A stretch of DNA of 48,447 nucleotides from Asterionella formosa (Eukaryota): NCBI GenBank assembly GCA_002256025.1, contig NKIB01014012.1:1-48447 (forward strand), given 5' to 3'. Positions 11,801-23,074 of this stretch are shown here, piece by piece. The notes below the pieces were generated by a model. The model worked only from the letters and a program-made list of their open reading frames with translations. It did no database searches and was not told the origin of the DNA. Numbering within the stretch: the stretch's first letter is position 1; every line of letters begins with the position of its first letter. The position numbers were made by a program, and so were the translations under genes.

Positions 11801-11915
11801 CAAGAAGAGCAACAGTGGTAGCGGAGTATCATTCAATGAGATTGTCAGATTCAAGTATCAAAAGGGATTTACGCAAGCTGTCCGCACATGTTGCCGCATC
11901 CAGGATTTAATGTAG
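8885..11915 (+). CDS. CTF18: Chromosome transmission fidelity protein 18 (RFC-like clamp loader large subunit), 3 exons
   Basis: Exons 8885-9132, 9252-10722, 10800-11915 (introns 119 and 77 nt, GT-AG, phases consistent). LWVDK, Walker [29 protein letters not shown], and the C-terminal [13 protein letters not shown]tf8/Dcc1-binding motif. Confidence 0.93.
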
Positions 11916-12854
11916 AGATGCTCCCGTCACTTGATTCTCCTCGAGTACTACGCCAAATGTATTTCGAAACTTCGTCCCACGATTAATAACTGTCAGCTTA
12001 GCCCATTTTGGGTTAAATTTTGTCTTCGTCTCATTGTGTGTTGGTCGTTTTAGAATATAGAAGGAAATTTTAGGAGAGTTTTTTATCTCCACAATATCAA
12101 ATCCGACCCCGTCCTTCAATAAATCTTGAAAGTTTGCTGTAGACGTGTACGGAGACTGATTCAAACATAATCTTGGAAGTGTAAAAAAGCAAAGCCCTCC
12201 GGGACAAAGCTGATGATATAATCTAGTAAGCATAACCCCTCGCTGCTCCGGCGTTGTGACACAGTTAATCACCATGGAGCACACAATAACATCATACCTC
12301 TGAGTTGGATCTTCGTGTTTGAGCGGGAAGTGATTGAAATCAGCTTCTTCAATTCCAGCATGAGATGACTTGAGGTCAATGGCCTTGACGCATAAGCGGT
12401 ATTTGGGTGCATCTATGAATGTCGATTCACCATTTTCGCTCTCCTGCTCCACTCGCTTCGTGAGCTTGGCGGCATCCAGGAGTTCAGTGTTGATGGCGCC
12501 AACTTCCAGCACGTTAGCCTGTCGGCGTCCCTTTTTTCTACCTCTCTCGGTCGAAGCTTCGTCATTTTCAATCCCATACAGCCAGCCGTTGCGAGACAAA
12601 TGACCCAATACCCATTTGCTTGTCGAGTGGAAACTTGTGCTTAATTGCGACGCGCGTTGATAGGCGTCCCTCCCGCCAATCTCCATGATCTTCGCTTCCA
12701 TTTCCTGCACCTTGAATGGATCACCCTTGACCTCGGCTAAGTCTCGCGCTTTCGTGTACTTGTGAAAGAGGGTTGTGACTAATCGAGCCTTCTTTCTGGA
12801 CCGCATGGCTGGCGGTGGAGCCAAGGGCATTGCCTTTCTTTTGCGTTTTGCCAT
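11907..12854 (-). CDS. BMT2: 25S rRNA adenine-N1 methyltransferase Bmt2-like
   Basis: GGRDAYQRAS...TSKWV, SAM motif LEVGA, IDL, DVIVCSMVINCV...RGVML; basic N-terminus. Confidence 0.85.
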   Translation of the reverse strand: MAKRKRKAMPLAPPPAMRSRKKARLVTTLFHKYTKARDLAEVKGDPFKVQEMEAKIMEIGGRDAYQRASQLSTSFHSTSKWVLGHLSRNGWLYGIENDEASTERGRKKGRRQANVLEVGAINTELLDAAKLTKRVEQESENGESTFIDAPKYRLCVKAIDLKSSHAGIEEADFNHFPLKHEDPTQRYDVIVCSMVINCVTTPEQRGVMLTRLYHQLCPGGLCFFTLPRLCLNQSPYTSTANFQDLLKDGVGFDIVEIKNSPKISFYILKRPTHNETKTKFNPKWAKLTVINRGTKFRNTFGVVLEENQVTGASLH

Positions 12855-13094
12855 GGTCGTCGACTCTCGTTTGTGTAGACTGCAGACATACTACTAGTCA
12901 CCCGAATCCCGAAAGAGTACCTGGAGCTGGGAGTATTTTACTGGGGCCAAGTACCCCAACAACCTGCTTGTGTCCAACTGGTACAAGCAAGTTGCGGTAA
13001 ACTAAAACTTTAGCTATTTTTATCCTAAATAGAATTAATTATTTAAGCCAATTGACCGCAACTTGCAGATATCTGGACCAGAACCTGGTACCCT

Positions 13095-13291
13095 NNNNNN
13101 NNNNNNNNNNNNNNNNNNNNNNNNNNNNNNNNNNNNNNNNNNNNNNNNNNNNNNNNNNNNNNNNNNNNNNNNNNNNNNNNNNNNNNNNNNNNNNNNNNNN
13201 NNNNNNNNNNNNNNNNNNNNNNNNNNNNNNNNNNNNNNNNNNNNNNNNNNNNNNNNNNNNNNNNNNNNNNNNNNNNNNNNNNNNNNNNNNN
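13095..13291. other. Assembly gap (N run)
   Basis: Run of N flanked by GGTACC/CCGGTA-rich DNA. Confidence 1.
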
Positions 13292-14292
13292 TGCTTGCCG
13301 GTAATTCCCGTGAGTACTGGTCCCTCTACTAGTTTTTTTTTAGAATCTCAGTTCCTCTGGCACCCGTTGCAAGCGTTTCTCCCTCTCAACACACACACCA
13401 GGTACGACTCCAGCTTGTACCAGGTACCCCGTTACATACGTAGGGTTCAATAGAGAATAATTCGACGACACAGTATCACATACAAACGATACAATAGCGC
13501 CAATGTAATATCAAGGCAGAAGCAAACTGAGGAGCAGCAGGTGCACTGATGACGTACTTACACACAAAATATAGCTACATAGGTGTACCGGTACCTGGTA
13601 CCATGTACTAACTTACTACAGTATACCTGGTACCGAGGAATCTGGATGCTCACCATGTACAATACTTACTGGCACAGTATCAGTAACAAGCAGATTGGGG
13701 CAATTGGATCGAATCATCCTCCAAAACCTACTGACAATGTAGTGCACGTAGCAGCTCATACCGGGAGTTATGTTTCCTTGCTTCTCAAAAGACTCATGTA
13801 AAACCAACCAAAAGCAAAATTGATTACCTGGTGCTACCTGGTACCAGGCCGAACAGCAATTCAGAATGATGCCAGGTAAAACTCTGCACTCCGCCAGCTG
13901 CTCGCTGCCTCACACCCAGCAGGACCAAAAGAGTGAAGGCTAAGTAAACTTAAGTGTGCGGAGGGCTTTCGTCGTATCATAGCGGCTAAAATATCTGTGC
14001 CAACCAACCACTTTTCGAAATGACCATATTCGGCTTGCTTGTTTCGTTATACCGGTACATAAATCTTTCACTGTGCTCCAGTAACAAGCATAACGGTACA
14101 TGGATGTTTGCGTATGATTATATAATGCACTACAGCAAAATACAGTATTTTGTTCATCGAAACGCTTCTATTTGTATATTATGTGTTGAATCTTAGACTC
14201 TTATTTGAAATAAGGAGTCCCAACAAAGAAAATGCAACATCCACATAATAGTATTTCCTCTTTCGTGAAATGCACAAGCTAATCTGATTTTC

Positions 14293-15396
14293 ATGCTTTC
14301 CCTAATTCGTCACAAACCAATGGAAGTCAGTGATAAAAGGATAGTCTTCGTGCGCCGAGTCACGTCCTTGCTATTGGCGTCGACAGCCCTTCTGTGGCTC
14401 ACCTTGGTCGATCGCAGAAATGGCTCCTCTGCCACCAGCAACGTCCTTTTCATGAGAGGTCTTTCCATAACTCCTCTCAAACCTACCATTTACACGTTCC
14501 AGGAAGAACTGCCATTGCCGAACCAAGTCAACGAGGGACTTAAACTCTGGCAACTTAGTTGGAAACAAGCTGGATGGGACGCAAAAGTTGTCACGTTTAA
14601 CGATGCCCTCAAGCATCCTAACTTTGACGTCTTTGAACGTGCTCTGGGAGAAATCATGCCCTTTGGTCGCCGACCTGAGAAAATGGGATACTACAGATTC
14701 CTTGCCATGGCTGTCACGGGCGGGGGATTTCTTGCCGATGTCGACGTTCTCCCTCTTTGGCACCTTTCTCCATCGCAACGCGAGACCCTTACGGAAGACA
14801 AGTTTACCGTTCGCTGTGGATCCACTAAGATTGCACCATGTCTGATGAGTGGTTCTGGGGACGAATGGAATCGCATATCCATTGAACTCTTGAGTAGCAT
14901 CCAACGAAACCACATATCTGTCTACCAAGATCTGGCACGTCAAGACAACCCGGATGCCAAGATTCCTGTTTGGCTGAGCATCTATGCCCTTCAAGAAGTC
15001 GTAGGCTTTGGTAATGCACATGGTCGTCCCATGGCAAGCAAGAAGTCACAAGTATTGAGTTCTCGCCAAGCGTACAGTATGCGCAAATATAATAGTTTTT
15101 CGCAACAACAGTGCAACGAGGTTAAAGAACTTTTGGCTGTGCAACTTTCTGCAGGACTCACTGAAGACTCGGAAGGCTCTCTTAATGCAGCCACCAATTG
15201 GTGTGAGCAATGGAAACGAGACTGTATGCGTGATTCAAGGCCTCTAGTTGGTACGCATTCAGGGGATATGTTGCCCATATCTGATTCAGTCGTACCAACC
15301 AATCACTTGGAGAAGACAGCAACACCTTTGGAGGAAGCTGCTTCTGCTGTATTGTCACCATCGTATGTATCCAGGCTGCTAGTCAGAAACAAATAG
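14293..15396 (+). CDS. Type II membrane protein, putative DxD glycosyltransferase-like (diatom-expanded family)
   Basis: N-terminal TM segment (VTSLLLASTALLWLTLV), W..SW..AGW motif, and YYRFLAMAVTGGGFLADVDVLPL (GG..DxD, as in GT32-like sugar-binding regions). Confidence 0.6.
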   Translation: MLSLIRHKPMEVSDKRIVFVRRVTSLLLASTALLWLTLVDRRNGSSATSNVLFMRGLSITPLKPTIYTFQEELPLPNQVNEGLKLWQLSWKQAGWDAKVVTFNDALKHPNFDVFERALGEIMPFGRRPEKMGYYRFLAMAVTGGGFLADVDVLPLWHLSPSQRETLTEDKFTVRCGSTKIAPCLMSGSGDEWNRISIELLSSIQRNHISVYQDLARQDNPDAKIPVWLSIYALQEVVGFGNAHGRPMASKKSQVLSSRQAYSMRKYNSFSQQQCNEVKELLAVQLSAGLTEDSEGSLNAATNWCEQWKRDCMRDSRPLVGTHSGDMLPISDSVVPTNHLEKTATPLEEAASAVLSPSYVSRLLVRNK

Positions 15397-15776
15397 ACGA
15401 AAGAATATTTAGGATCTTCAAATATTGTTAATACTTCACTCCTGTTAATACTCCTTGTCTTACTCAAACCGACTTCGGGAAATCATCTGACAACTATGGG
15501 ATTCCCTCAACATTGGTCAGTTCCGGTAGTCTAGCCCGTTCGTTTGTAATAAATTAATTACCTTTTACACCTTGTGCAAAGTGTTCGATAGAGTAATTGC
15601 GGCTCTCACTGGCTGTACTGGGATCTGCAGGTTTTTCCCTAGGGATTCTAAACGTGGACAAGAGAATTTCATGCAGCACGTGGACGCTGATAACAACTAT
15701 TTGAAAGGCAATGGTTCAAAATTCAAGCTTAATAAGAGGATTAGAAAAAAATAAAACTTGGTACATAAGACACATC

Positions 15777-16583
15777 TCATCCCTTGGGGTTGAAGGCCAC
15801 CTTTCGAGAGTAGTCGAGGAGTGCTCCCATCAGTTCATTGCGATTGCCTTTGGTGATCAATATCTCACCAGGATGCGTAAAACAAAGGGATCCTGGAGTT
15901 GAGGCGAGGGGATGATGGGGCATCCAGCAATCTTTGTTCGTGTTCATGAAGCTATAAAGCGATGTTAGATCAACAGAAGGAAGTGTGTTTCCTAAAGTAT
16001 CATAGTGGCTGTCAACTTGTGTGCGGCGAAACTTGGGTGGCACATGAAGCACACCCTTCGTTGCGTTTCCCTTCTTTTCATCATCGACAATTAGTTTGCG
16101 GCGCATTTTCATTTGTCGTAAGGCTTGGGTTGTCTTGTCGATTGCACCCTTTTCACCAATATCGAACCAGAATCCATTGTCACCTTCATTCTGTTTAAGG
16201 AAACGACCGCCCTTGGCGTGAATGCTGGCAACGATAGACTTGGCAATTGCCCTGCGCTCTAGCCATTTCGTGTTAAGGTATGTTCGACGATTCTCGTCTA
16301 TAAGAAGTCGGAAGTGAATGTTTCCTGGGTGGACGTTAATGGCACTGCCGCGGCCGGAGAGAACATCATCATCAGTGTATGATTCGGTCATACCAGTATC
16401 CAAAGATACAGAAACAACTTCGTTGCGAGAAACGGGAGGTTTGTTCATTTCAAGATCGTTATAACCAGCTGCTGGTCCTTGTGTGTGGTCATACATAAAA
16501 TTGCGAAGGTTCGTATTGGCGTTTTGACTGAGAGTGTCCTCCACCATGAATAATTCGGTTTGTTGACGATTCAATGCAAACAT
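15777..16583 (-). CDS. DUF6824 domain protein (diatom-expanded, putative regulator)
   Basis: DDVLSGRG..N.HPGN..FR...Y......ERRAIAKSIV..I...GGRFLK....W.......A..KT.QALR motif. Confidence 0.85.
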   Translation of the reverse strand: MFALNRQQTELFMVEDTLSQNANTNLRNFMYDHTQGPAAGYNDLEMNKPPVSRNEVVSVSLDTGMTESYTDDDVLSGRGSAINVHPGNIHFRLLIDENRRTYLNTKWLERRAIAKSIVASIHAKGGRFLKQNEGDNGFWFDIGEKGAIDKTTQALRQMKMRRKLIVDDEKKGNATKGVLHVPPKFRRTQVDSHYDTLGNTLPSVDLTSLYSFMNTNKDCWMPHHPLASTPGSLCFTHPGEILITKGNRNELMGALLDYSRKVAFNPKG

Positions 16584-18399
16584 TTGTTAAAATTTTGCAA
16601 CTTCTTGATTTCGTTGCTGTACTTAACTGATATTATGACGTTACGAAGTGGTGAAGGTAAATGTTGGTTGACCAGGTCACAATAGACAGGCATAATTACT
16701 CCGAATACGAGAGATGATTGGTAGAATGCTGTTCCAGCATATATTCCTTATCTCGAACTACCGGTAGTGCACCGGCATCAATTTATACGCAAGCATTTTT
16801 GGTGAATCTCCTCGACATCACGTTCTCCTCCAGACACTATGATATTAGCGGATGCCGACCATTATACTTAAGAACATTAGTGGTTAATATCCTAACAATG
16901 GTTAGCTCTCTTTCGTGACAAGCTAAAATGTCACAATTTTAGAAGGGAGGGGGTCCTTGATTTGGCCGAAACATTAGGATTAAAGATATAATTAATGATT
17001 TCTATCGTAAAACAACTACTATGCATTTTTGAATGGATAAATGTCCCCAGAGGTTTGAAATGCCAGTTTGGTGACTGTCTGTGCGTACAGTACGAACCAG
17101 CGAGTTGTGGTCTTTTGTTGAAATTGACAAAGGGGCGCAAAAATAGACACTCGGATTCAACTCCAGCCGTAAAATTAAATCGATGCAAAAATATTTATAG
17201 GTTTCACACTGCCAAGTAATGTCTAATATCGCTATCCAAATCAAAAGTGTAACCAATGATTCTCTGAAATGACCAATTTCCCGAACCTTGCTAAGGGTTC
17301 CCTCAATCGAAATACTCATGAAGAGTATGTACTGGTAAATGCTCTTTTTTCCAGAAATCTTTATGTTTAGATGCGTATTTCATATATACATACATACGAG
17401 TGCAAACGGCTGTTGAAATTAGTACTTGGTACCCTGGAACTCCCTCTGGTTGAAAATAGTCGCGTCGATTCTTAAATTTTCTCAGGGGGCATTTTGGCTA
17501 TCAAGACTTTCTCCAGTTCGATTGTCCTGATATCCGCAATCACACAAGCTAAAGATCTATGTATAATATTTATCTAGGACATTTAAAATTGGCAACTACG
17601 TTTCAAAACAACGTTTTTCGGGGTTTTCGATTTTCGCTATGGCCAGCTGGAAGCACGCAGTGATGCATGACCCCATTTATTTTTCGAACCATCTATTCTC
17701 AACATACGTACCAGGAAGTTTACAAAAGTACCGTAGAACAACGGCAACTTGCCTTCGATAAGGGATTTGCACGACTGCGAAAGTGGGGATGACGGGAAGA
17801 AAGAAAACAAAGGTACCCGGAACACTCGTTTTGGTGTTTGGTTTCGTTATATCAAACAACTGAATGGTCGATGTAAATGTAACTACCGGAATACGTTCCG
17901 TAGAATGTATTTGTAGCGTATGTTATGGTCTTTCGGTAATAATTATGATATGGCTGGGTGCAATATCTGGGGTCATGAGGTACCAGGGTTGCCCCCCGTG
18001 GGCCTTGTATAAGCAAAAACCATCACGCTACTGTACATAATATTTTTGGCCTAAAAACCCTTGTTAAAATCACATTGACCATGTTGATATTATTCTGTTG
18101 GTTTACTCAATTTTACAACCTCCTGCAGTGCTTTATTTATCAACATAGCCGTCATGAGCAGCGATAATAGTAAACGCATCAAGCGGCACGGGAGCACACG
18201 ATTTGGTTCATATATGCCCTATTTAGTGTTGAATATGGCAAATCCATGCCTACATGACCAACCAATTCATGTGCAAAGCTCTTGAGCTTGACAGTGAACT
18301 CTCTGGGGTTGAAACTGTAAAGTAATGCCTCAAATACAGTCCTGTAGTAGTTACAATGAAGCAACTACAGCAATTTCACAACCATCGCTGTGCAATGGA

Positions 18400-20390
18400 C
18401 TTCGATTTCATGTTCATCCTGAATGAACTCAACCATGACAACAACAAGATTGGATGGCATAGGAATGTTCTTCATGTACAAAATACTTATGCAAAAATTA
18501 TGTTGTACTGGGAGCTACAGTGGCTACCAAATGTAGTTTCAGGATGCACCCTGCCAGAGTGAAATGTGCATTCGTTCTCCTGGAAATATTTGACTGGCCA
18601 CCAGCTGATGTGAACCAGCATCTGGCAATATGCACATATTAGCAATGTATACATGAATTTTAAATTGGATTTGATTAATTTATTTAGATGATAACTATTT
18701 CATTATGGAAACACAGTTTATACTCACATCTATGTAACTCATAAAAACGGTTTTTCCGAGTAAGCCGACCCTCACATAGAAAATTGATACGTTTTTATAC
18801 CTCATACAACATCTACCTCAATCACTACTGCTCTTGAATATGCCGCTCTTCTCCAAGGTAGTGAGACTCTCATGCACGTCAATACAGGAGCAAATGGCGA
18901 TGTCAAATGTGTCAGTAATGAGCAAGCTACATAATGTCATCAGGTCTAACGTGGTCTGCCAAACATTGTAGCAAGAGCTACTACTGAAGATATCCTTGTT
19001 GGCACATGTTCTCTTGCCACCAACAACCACATTGTCACCACTTTAGAATCTCACTGGAAGGATCATAACTTGGGAATTGTTTCACATTTCTTTCTGTTTT
19101 GTTTCTCCTTTAGTCCAAATTGTATGACTATTGATCAAACACATATGATTTTGGAGGTTTAAACATATGTTTATGGTACCACAGGGAATTATCAAGCACT
19201 TTCCATCACTAATCAACATAAAGAAGCCCTGGTAAGTTGAGTTACATAGTATTCCAGACTCAAAATGAAAACAACCATCAAATCATATGGATTTGAATAT
19301 CACACACTGTTCAGGACGTTGTCTAGCAATTGACTAGACTTGATATTCAAACTGCAGTTCAATGTCTTGTTCAATATAAAAATGCTCCTGGAGCGCTAAA
19401 CTTCAAGAGACTTGTCCATCAAATTGCGAAATAGCATATTCATCAGTACTCCAATACTTCCCTTGCTTTCAATCGAAAAATCCCATGTGGTTGTTCAGTT
19501 ATTTCTGTTATCCATATCAGCCAAGCAGTACCATGGTTAGAAGAACCCACTGTCATCAGTGTTGAAGCCCATCAATTTGACAAAGAATTGTTTTGGCATC
19601 TTCCTGTAAGATCACTATTGGAGTTACTGAAACGCATCATGTATTCATCATGCCTCTCAACTTTTGCAAGAACAGAAGCATTTTTCGGGTGCGAAGTATA
19701 GCAAAGGTTTAGCTCCTATAACCAAAGGTTTTGCCAAAGCAAATCTTGGAGGGGCGGTTTTTGATTATCTTGCCTATTCTGGCGGAGTGGTTATAATCAA
19801 TGGTACAGCTGTTATGACATTATATCGCAAGCAAAGGACTACTGTTTATAATGCAACAGAAGCCAAACTAGATGCTGCTGCTAAATTATCTGATCTTGTG
19901 TTTTGGCTACGGATTTACATGGAAGACATGTCTTTACCTTACCACACTCCTGTCCCTATTGGTGAAGATAACTCAGCTGCACAAATCATAGATCATGCTG
20001 GCAAGATGTTTGTCATATATCCACTAAGATGTAAGCTCTTCAGGAACACATTCACCATCATGGTCAAGTATCTTTCCACCATGTGTCTTCTGCTCACTAT
20101 TATGCAGACCACTTCACAAAAGCTTTACCCCTTGCTACCCATAGTGCCCATTGCATGACCATAATGGGTTATTCTTTTCTTGATGCCAGTCACTGGGGGG
20201 GGCCCTTGCTCATCCTCTTTCCCCTGTCCTCTGACAACTATTGATTTCCTTTCCTTCAAGAGATGGGGGGATGTTATAAATCACTATTCTGTCCTGCAGA
20301 TCTATCTGTTTGTCTGACACCTATAATCTCATGTACTCATGTTTCTAGTTATTCTATTCTGGTTATACTATTCTAATCACTCTTTTAACA
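18400..20390 (+). mobile_element. Ty1/copia (CoDi-like) LTR retrotransposon remnant: degenerate RT, RNase H, PPT and probable 3' LTR
   Basis: RT-like fragments MTIDQTH (about 19125) and TRLDIQTAVQCLVQYKNAP (about 19333); RNase H-like RKQRTTVYNATEA...PIGEDNSAA...ADHFTKALP (19700-20130); polypurine tract AAGAGATGGGGGGA 20258-20271 followed directly by TGTTA (20272), with a possible end TAACA at 20390. Many stops and frameshifts; 5' boundary approximate. Confidence 0.8.
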
Positions 20391-21104
20391 TATCCACCCT
20401 CCAATCTCCTTTTGAGCTTGTCAGGTCAGTTAATAGACTCACATTGGTTGTCCATCATCTCCTTGTTCATCGGCATTGTCAATCAACCACTTCCAGTCTT
20501 TCATATCATAGCAGAGCGCAGTCAGTGTTACATGTACTTGAAGAGTAGCTCCCTTGAGTTTCACAAAGTACGAGAAGCTGGCTTTAAACATTGACGATCT
20601 TGGTCATTTGGAAATAATAAATTTTGGAAAGTTGCCAGGATGCTACCAACACAATGTCAAGTTTCCAGAGAGTGTCCAACAAATCTAATGAAGAAAGGAT
20701 AACAAGCGGAGAAGATGTGAGAAATGCATTTGAAAGCAGCAGCAACTCGTGTATTGAATTAAACAGGTATATTAAGTGCTTTCGAGAGGCTTCCGATCTC
20801 AAAGATTATGCTTCCACAGTCGGTAAGAACGTAAAGAAAAATCGGTTTTTTCGTCATTGCCATGCACATATACGCATTTATTCGAAATGTAAAGTCTCTC
20901 AACAAAAACATAGAATACATCAGAACCACAGAGGATACAGTCGTCACTTCACGATGTGAATCCGACAAAATTTAGAAAAGTAATGTATACAGTTCATCAC
21001 ATGTTTTCTTGTTTCTGTTGAGCGAGGAATTGTACGAAACAATTCCATTAGAAACACACATACCTTGCATGGCATGGAATAACATAACAGTAATCCCAAT
21101 CTCT

Positions 21105-22014
21105 TCACTTTGACGTGTTGTCAACATGCATGGAAAACACGTGCTCAAGCGTTGCTTGCCCAGATCTCGAAGCCAGCAACGAGGTTGCGTTTTCCCGAAT
21201 AGCAGCTTGCAATATGTCAAAGACGGCTCTACAACCGTCCATGGCAGCTTCCATGACTTTGTCCAGTGTATCAAGCGATGGGAGTCTTGCTTCACATTGA
21301 GCCAACACAACAGTCCCACGCTGCGGTAGCATGGCACAAGGCAAATAAACAGCAGGCTGTCCTCCTTGGGAGGACTCCTCCCGTCGATTCAAGTCAACAA
21401 GAGTTGTTTCCGAGCTTCCCAATCCAGCAGAGCAGGCGCATACCAAGTCTTTGAGTGGCACGCCAGCGTCTACAAGGGCCAAGCTTGCGGCGTTTATGGC
21501 AGCGCATAAACGGCCTCCGTCGTCAGCAAGTATCCAAACAACGATCTCAATCTTGGATTTAGGGTATAGATGGAGGAGAATAGCAGCTTCCATTGCGCGC
21601 TTCAATTGGTGTGATTGCTCCACGAGTCTGCGGTCTGTGTTGGGGTTGGTGACGCGGCGGTCGGCCGACGGCGCAAAGGGGGCGGCCTTTACTGTCACGT
21701 CCAAGATGCAACTGACGGAGTAAGGATTGATGGGGAGAAAAGTTGAGAGAGATTTCATTCCATGTAAAATACATAAAGCAAAAGATCATCATTGCTCACC
21801 GATCAGATAACTCATCTGCGCGCCTTGTACATTCCAAAGGGCCTCGAACAGTTGCTAAAACCACAGTGAGACCCATCTCAACCACAGCCGAGCCTCCGAC
21901 GGAATCTCCCAAGGGTCCCATTTGAATTCTCATTCGACGAATCTCTTCTGCCTTTCGACCATCATTGCGAAGGTTGGAAAGCGCTAACAAATCGGTGCGT
22001 CGAATAGAAGTCAT
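21105..22014 (-). CDS. RRP41: Exosome complex component RRP41 (RNase PH fold), 2 exons
   Basis: Exons 22014-21800 and 21711-21105 (intron 21799-21712, 88 nt). RNDGRKAEEIR, GSAVVEMGLT.V...V.GP, YPKSKIEI...L.DDGG..CAAINAA.LALVDAG. Confidence 0.92.
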
Positions 22015-22049
22015 GATACAGCTCCAACCGTCATGGTGGCAAAGACTGG

Positions 22050-22705
22050 NNNNNNNNNNNNNNNNNNNNNNNNNNNNNNNNNNNNNNNNNNNNNNNNNNN
22101 NNNNNNNNNNNNNNNNNNNNNNNNNNNNNNNNNNNNNNNNNNNNNNNNNNNNNNNNNNNNNNNNNNNNNNNNNNNNNNNNNNNNNNNNNNNNNNNNNNNN
22201 NNNNNNNNNNNNNNNNNNNNNNNNNNNNNNNNNNNNNNNNNNNNNNNNNNNNNNNNNNNNNNNNNNNNNNNNNNNNNNNNNNNNNNNNNNNNNNNNNNNN
22301 NNNNNNNNNNNNNNNNNNNNNNNNNNNNNNNNNNNNNNNNNNNNNNNNNNNNNNNNNNNNNNNNNNNNNNNNNNNNNNNNNNNNNNNNNNNNNNNNNNNN
22401 NNNNNNNNNNNNNNNNNNNNNNNNNNNNNNNNNNNNNNNNNNNNNNNNNNNNNNNNNNNNNNNNNNNNNNNNNNNNNNNNNNNNNNNNNNNNNNNNNNNN
22501 NNNNNNNNNNNNNNNNNNNNNNNNNNNNNNNNNNNNNNNNNNNNNNNNNNNNNNNNNNNNNNNNNNNNNNNNNNNNNNNNNNNNNNNNNNNNNNNNNNNN
22601 NNNNNNNNNNNNNNNNNNNNNNNNNNNNNNNNNNNNNNNNNNNNNNNNNNNNNNNNNNNNNNNNNNNNNNNNNNNNNNNNNNNNNNNNNNNNNNNNNNNN
22701 NNNNN
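22050..22705. other. Assembly gap (N run)
   Basis: Run of N. Confidence 1.
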
Positions 22706-22946
22706 GACATGAACATGAACTCTATTTTTGTGATTAAGGTTCCTGCATTTCAACCCTAGTTTCGAGGTAGGGTTTAAAAAATAATATTGAGTCAGAGTAC
22801 TCAAACACACACTTCTTACGAGTGAAACATAAATGTGTATCGCTAAACGGAGCTTTCACCAATATGCACCATTTCCATATGCTTAGATACAGTCATTGAC
22901 AAAAGTAGGGGTACAGGTCAAATCTATATATCGCCAGGATATAGGA

Positions 22947-23074
22947 TCTGGCGAGAAACTGCAGACAGGAACTTCGGTTTTTTAACAATGCCACAAAGAC
23001 CAGAAATTTCGGGGGAAATCACTTTATTTGGCATAGTAAAAAACCGAAGTTCTTTTCTGCAGTTTCTCACCAGA
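22947..23074. repeat. Imperfect inverted repeat (about 46-bp arms, about 35-nt loop)
   Basis: TCTGGCGAGAAACTGCAGACAGGAACTTCGGTTTTTTAACAATGCCA versus the reverse complement of 23029-23074, TCTGGTGAGAAACTGCAGAAAAGAACTTCGGTTTTTACTATGCCA. Confidence 0.9.

Noticed and set aside
13630..13980. RNase P/MRP-like RNA (ACAGCAATTCAGA resembles CR-V; weak stem 13866-13980)
   Set aside because: No convincing CR-I/P4 pairing, the intervening DNA is palindrome-cluster sequence, and the stems are at chance level.
21796..22810. Long ORFs spanning N runs (also 13052-13453 and 33432-34221)
   Set aside because: They are open only because N contains no stop codons.
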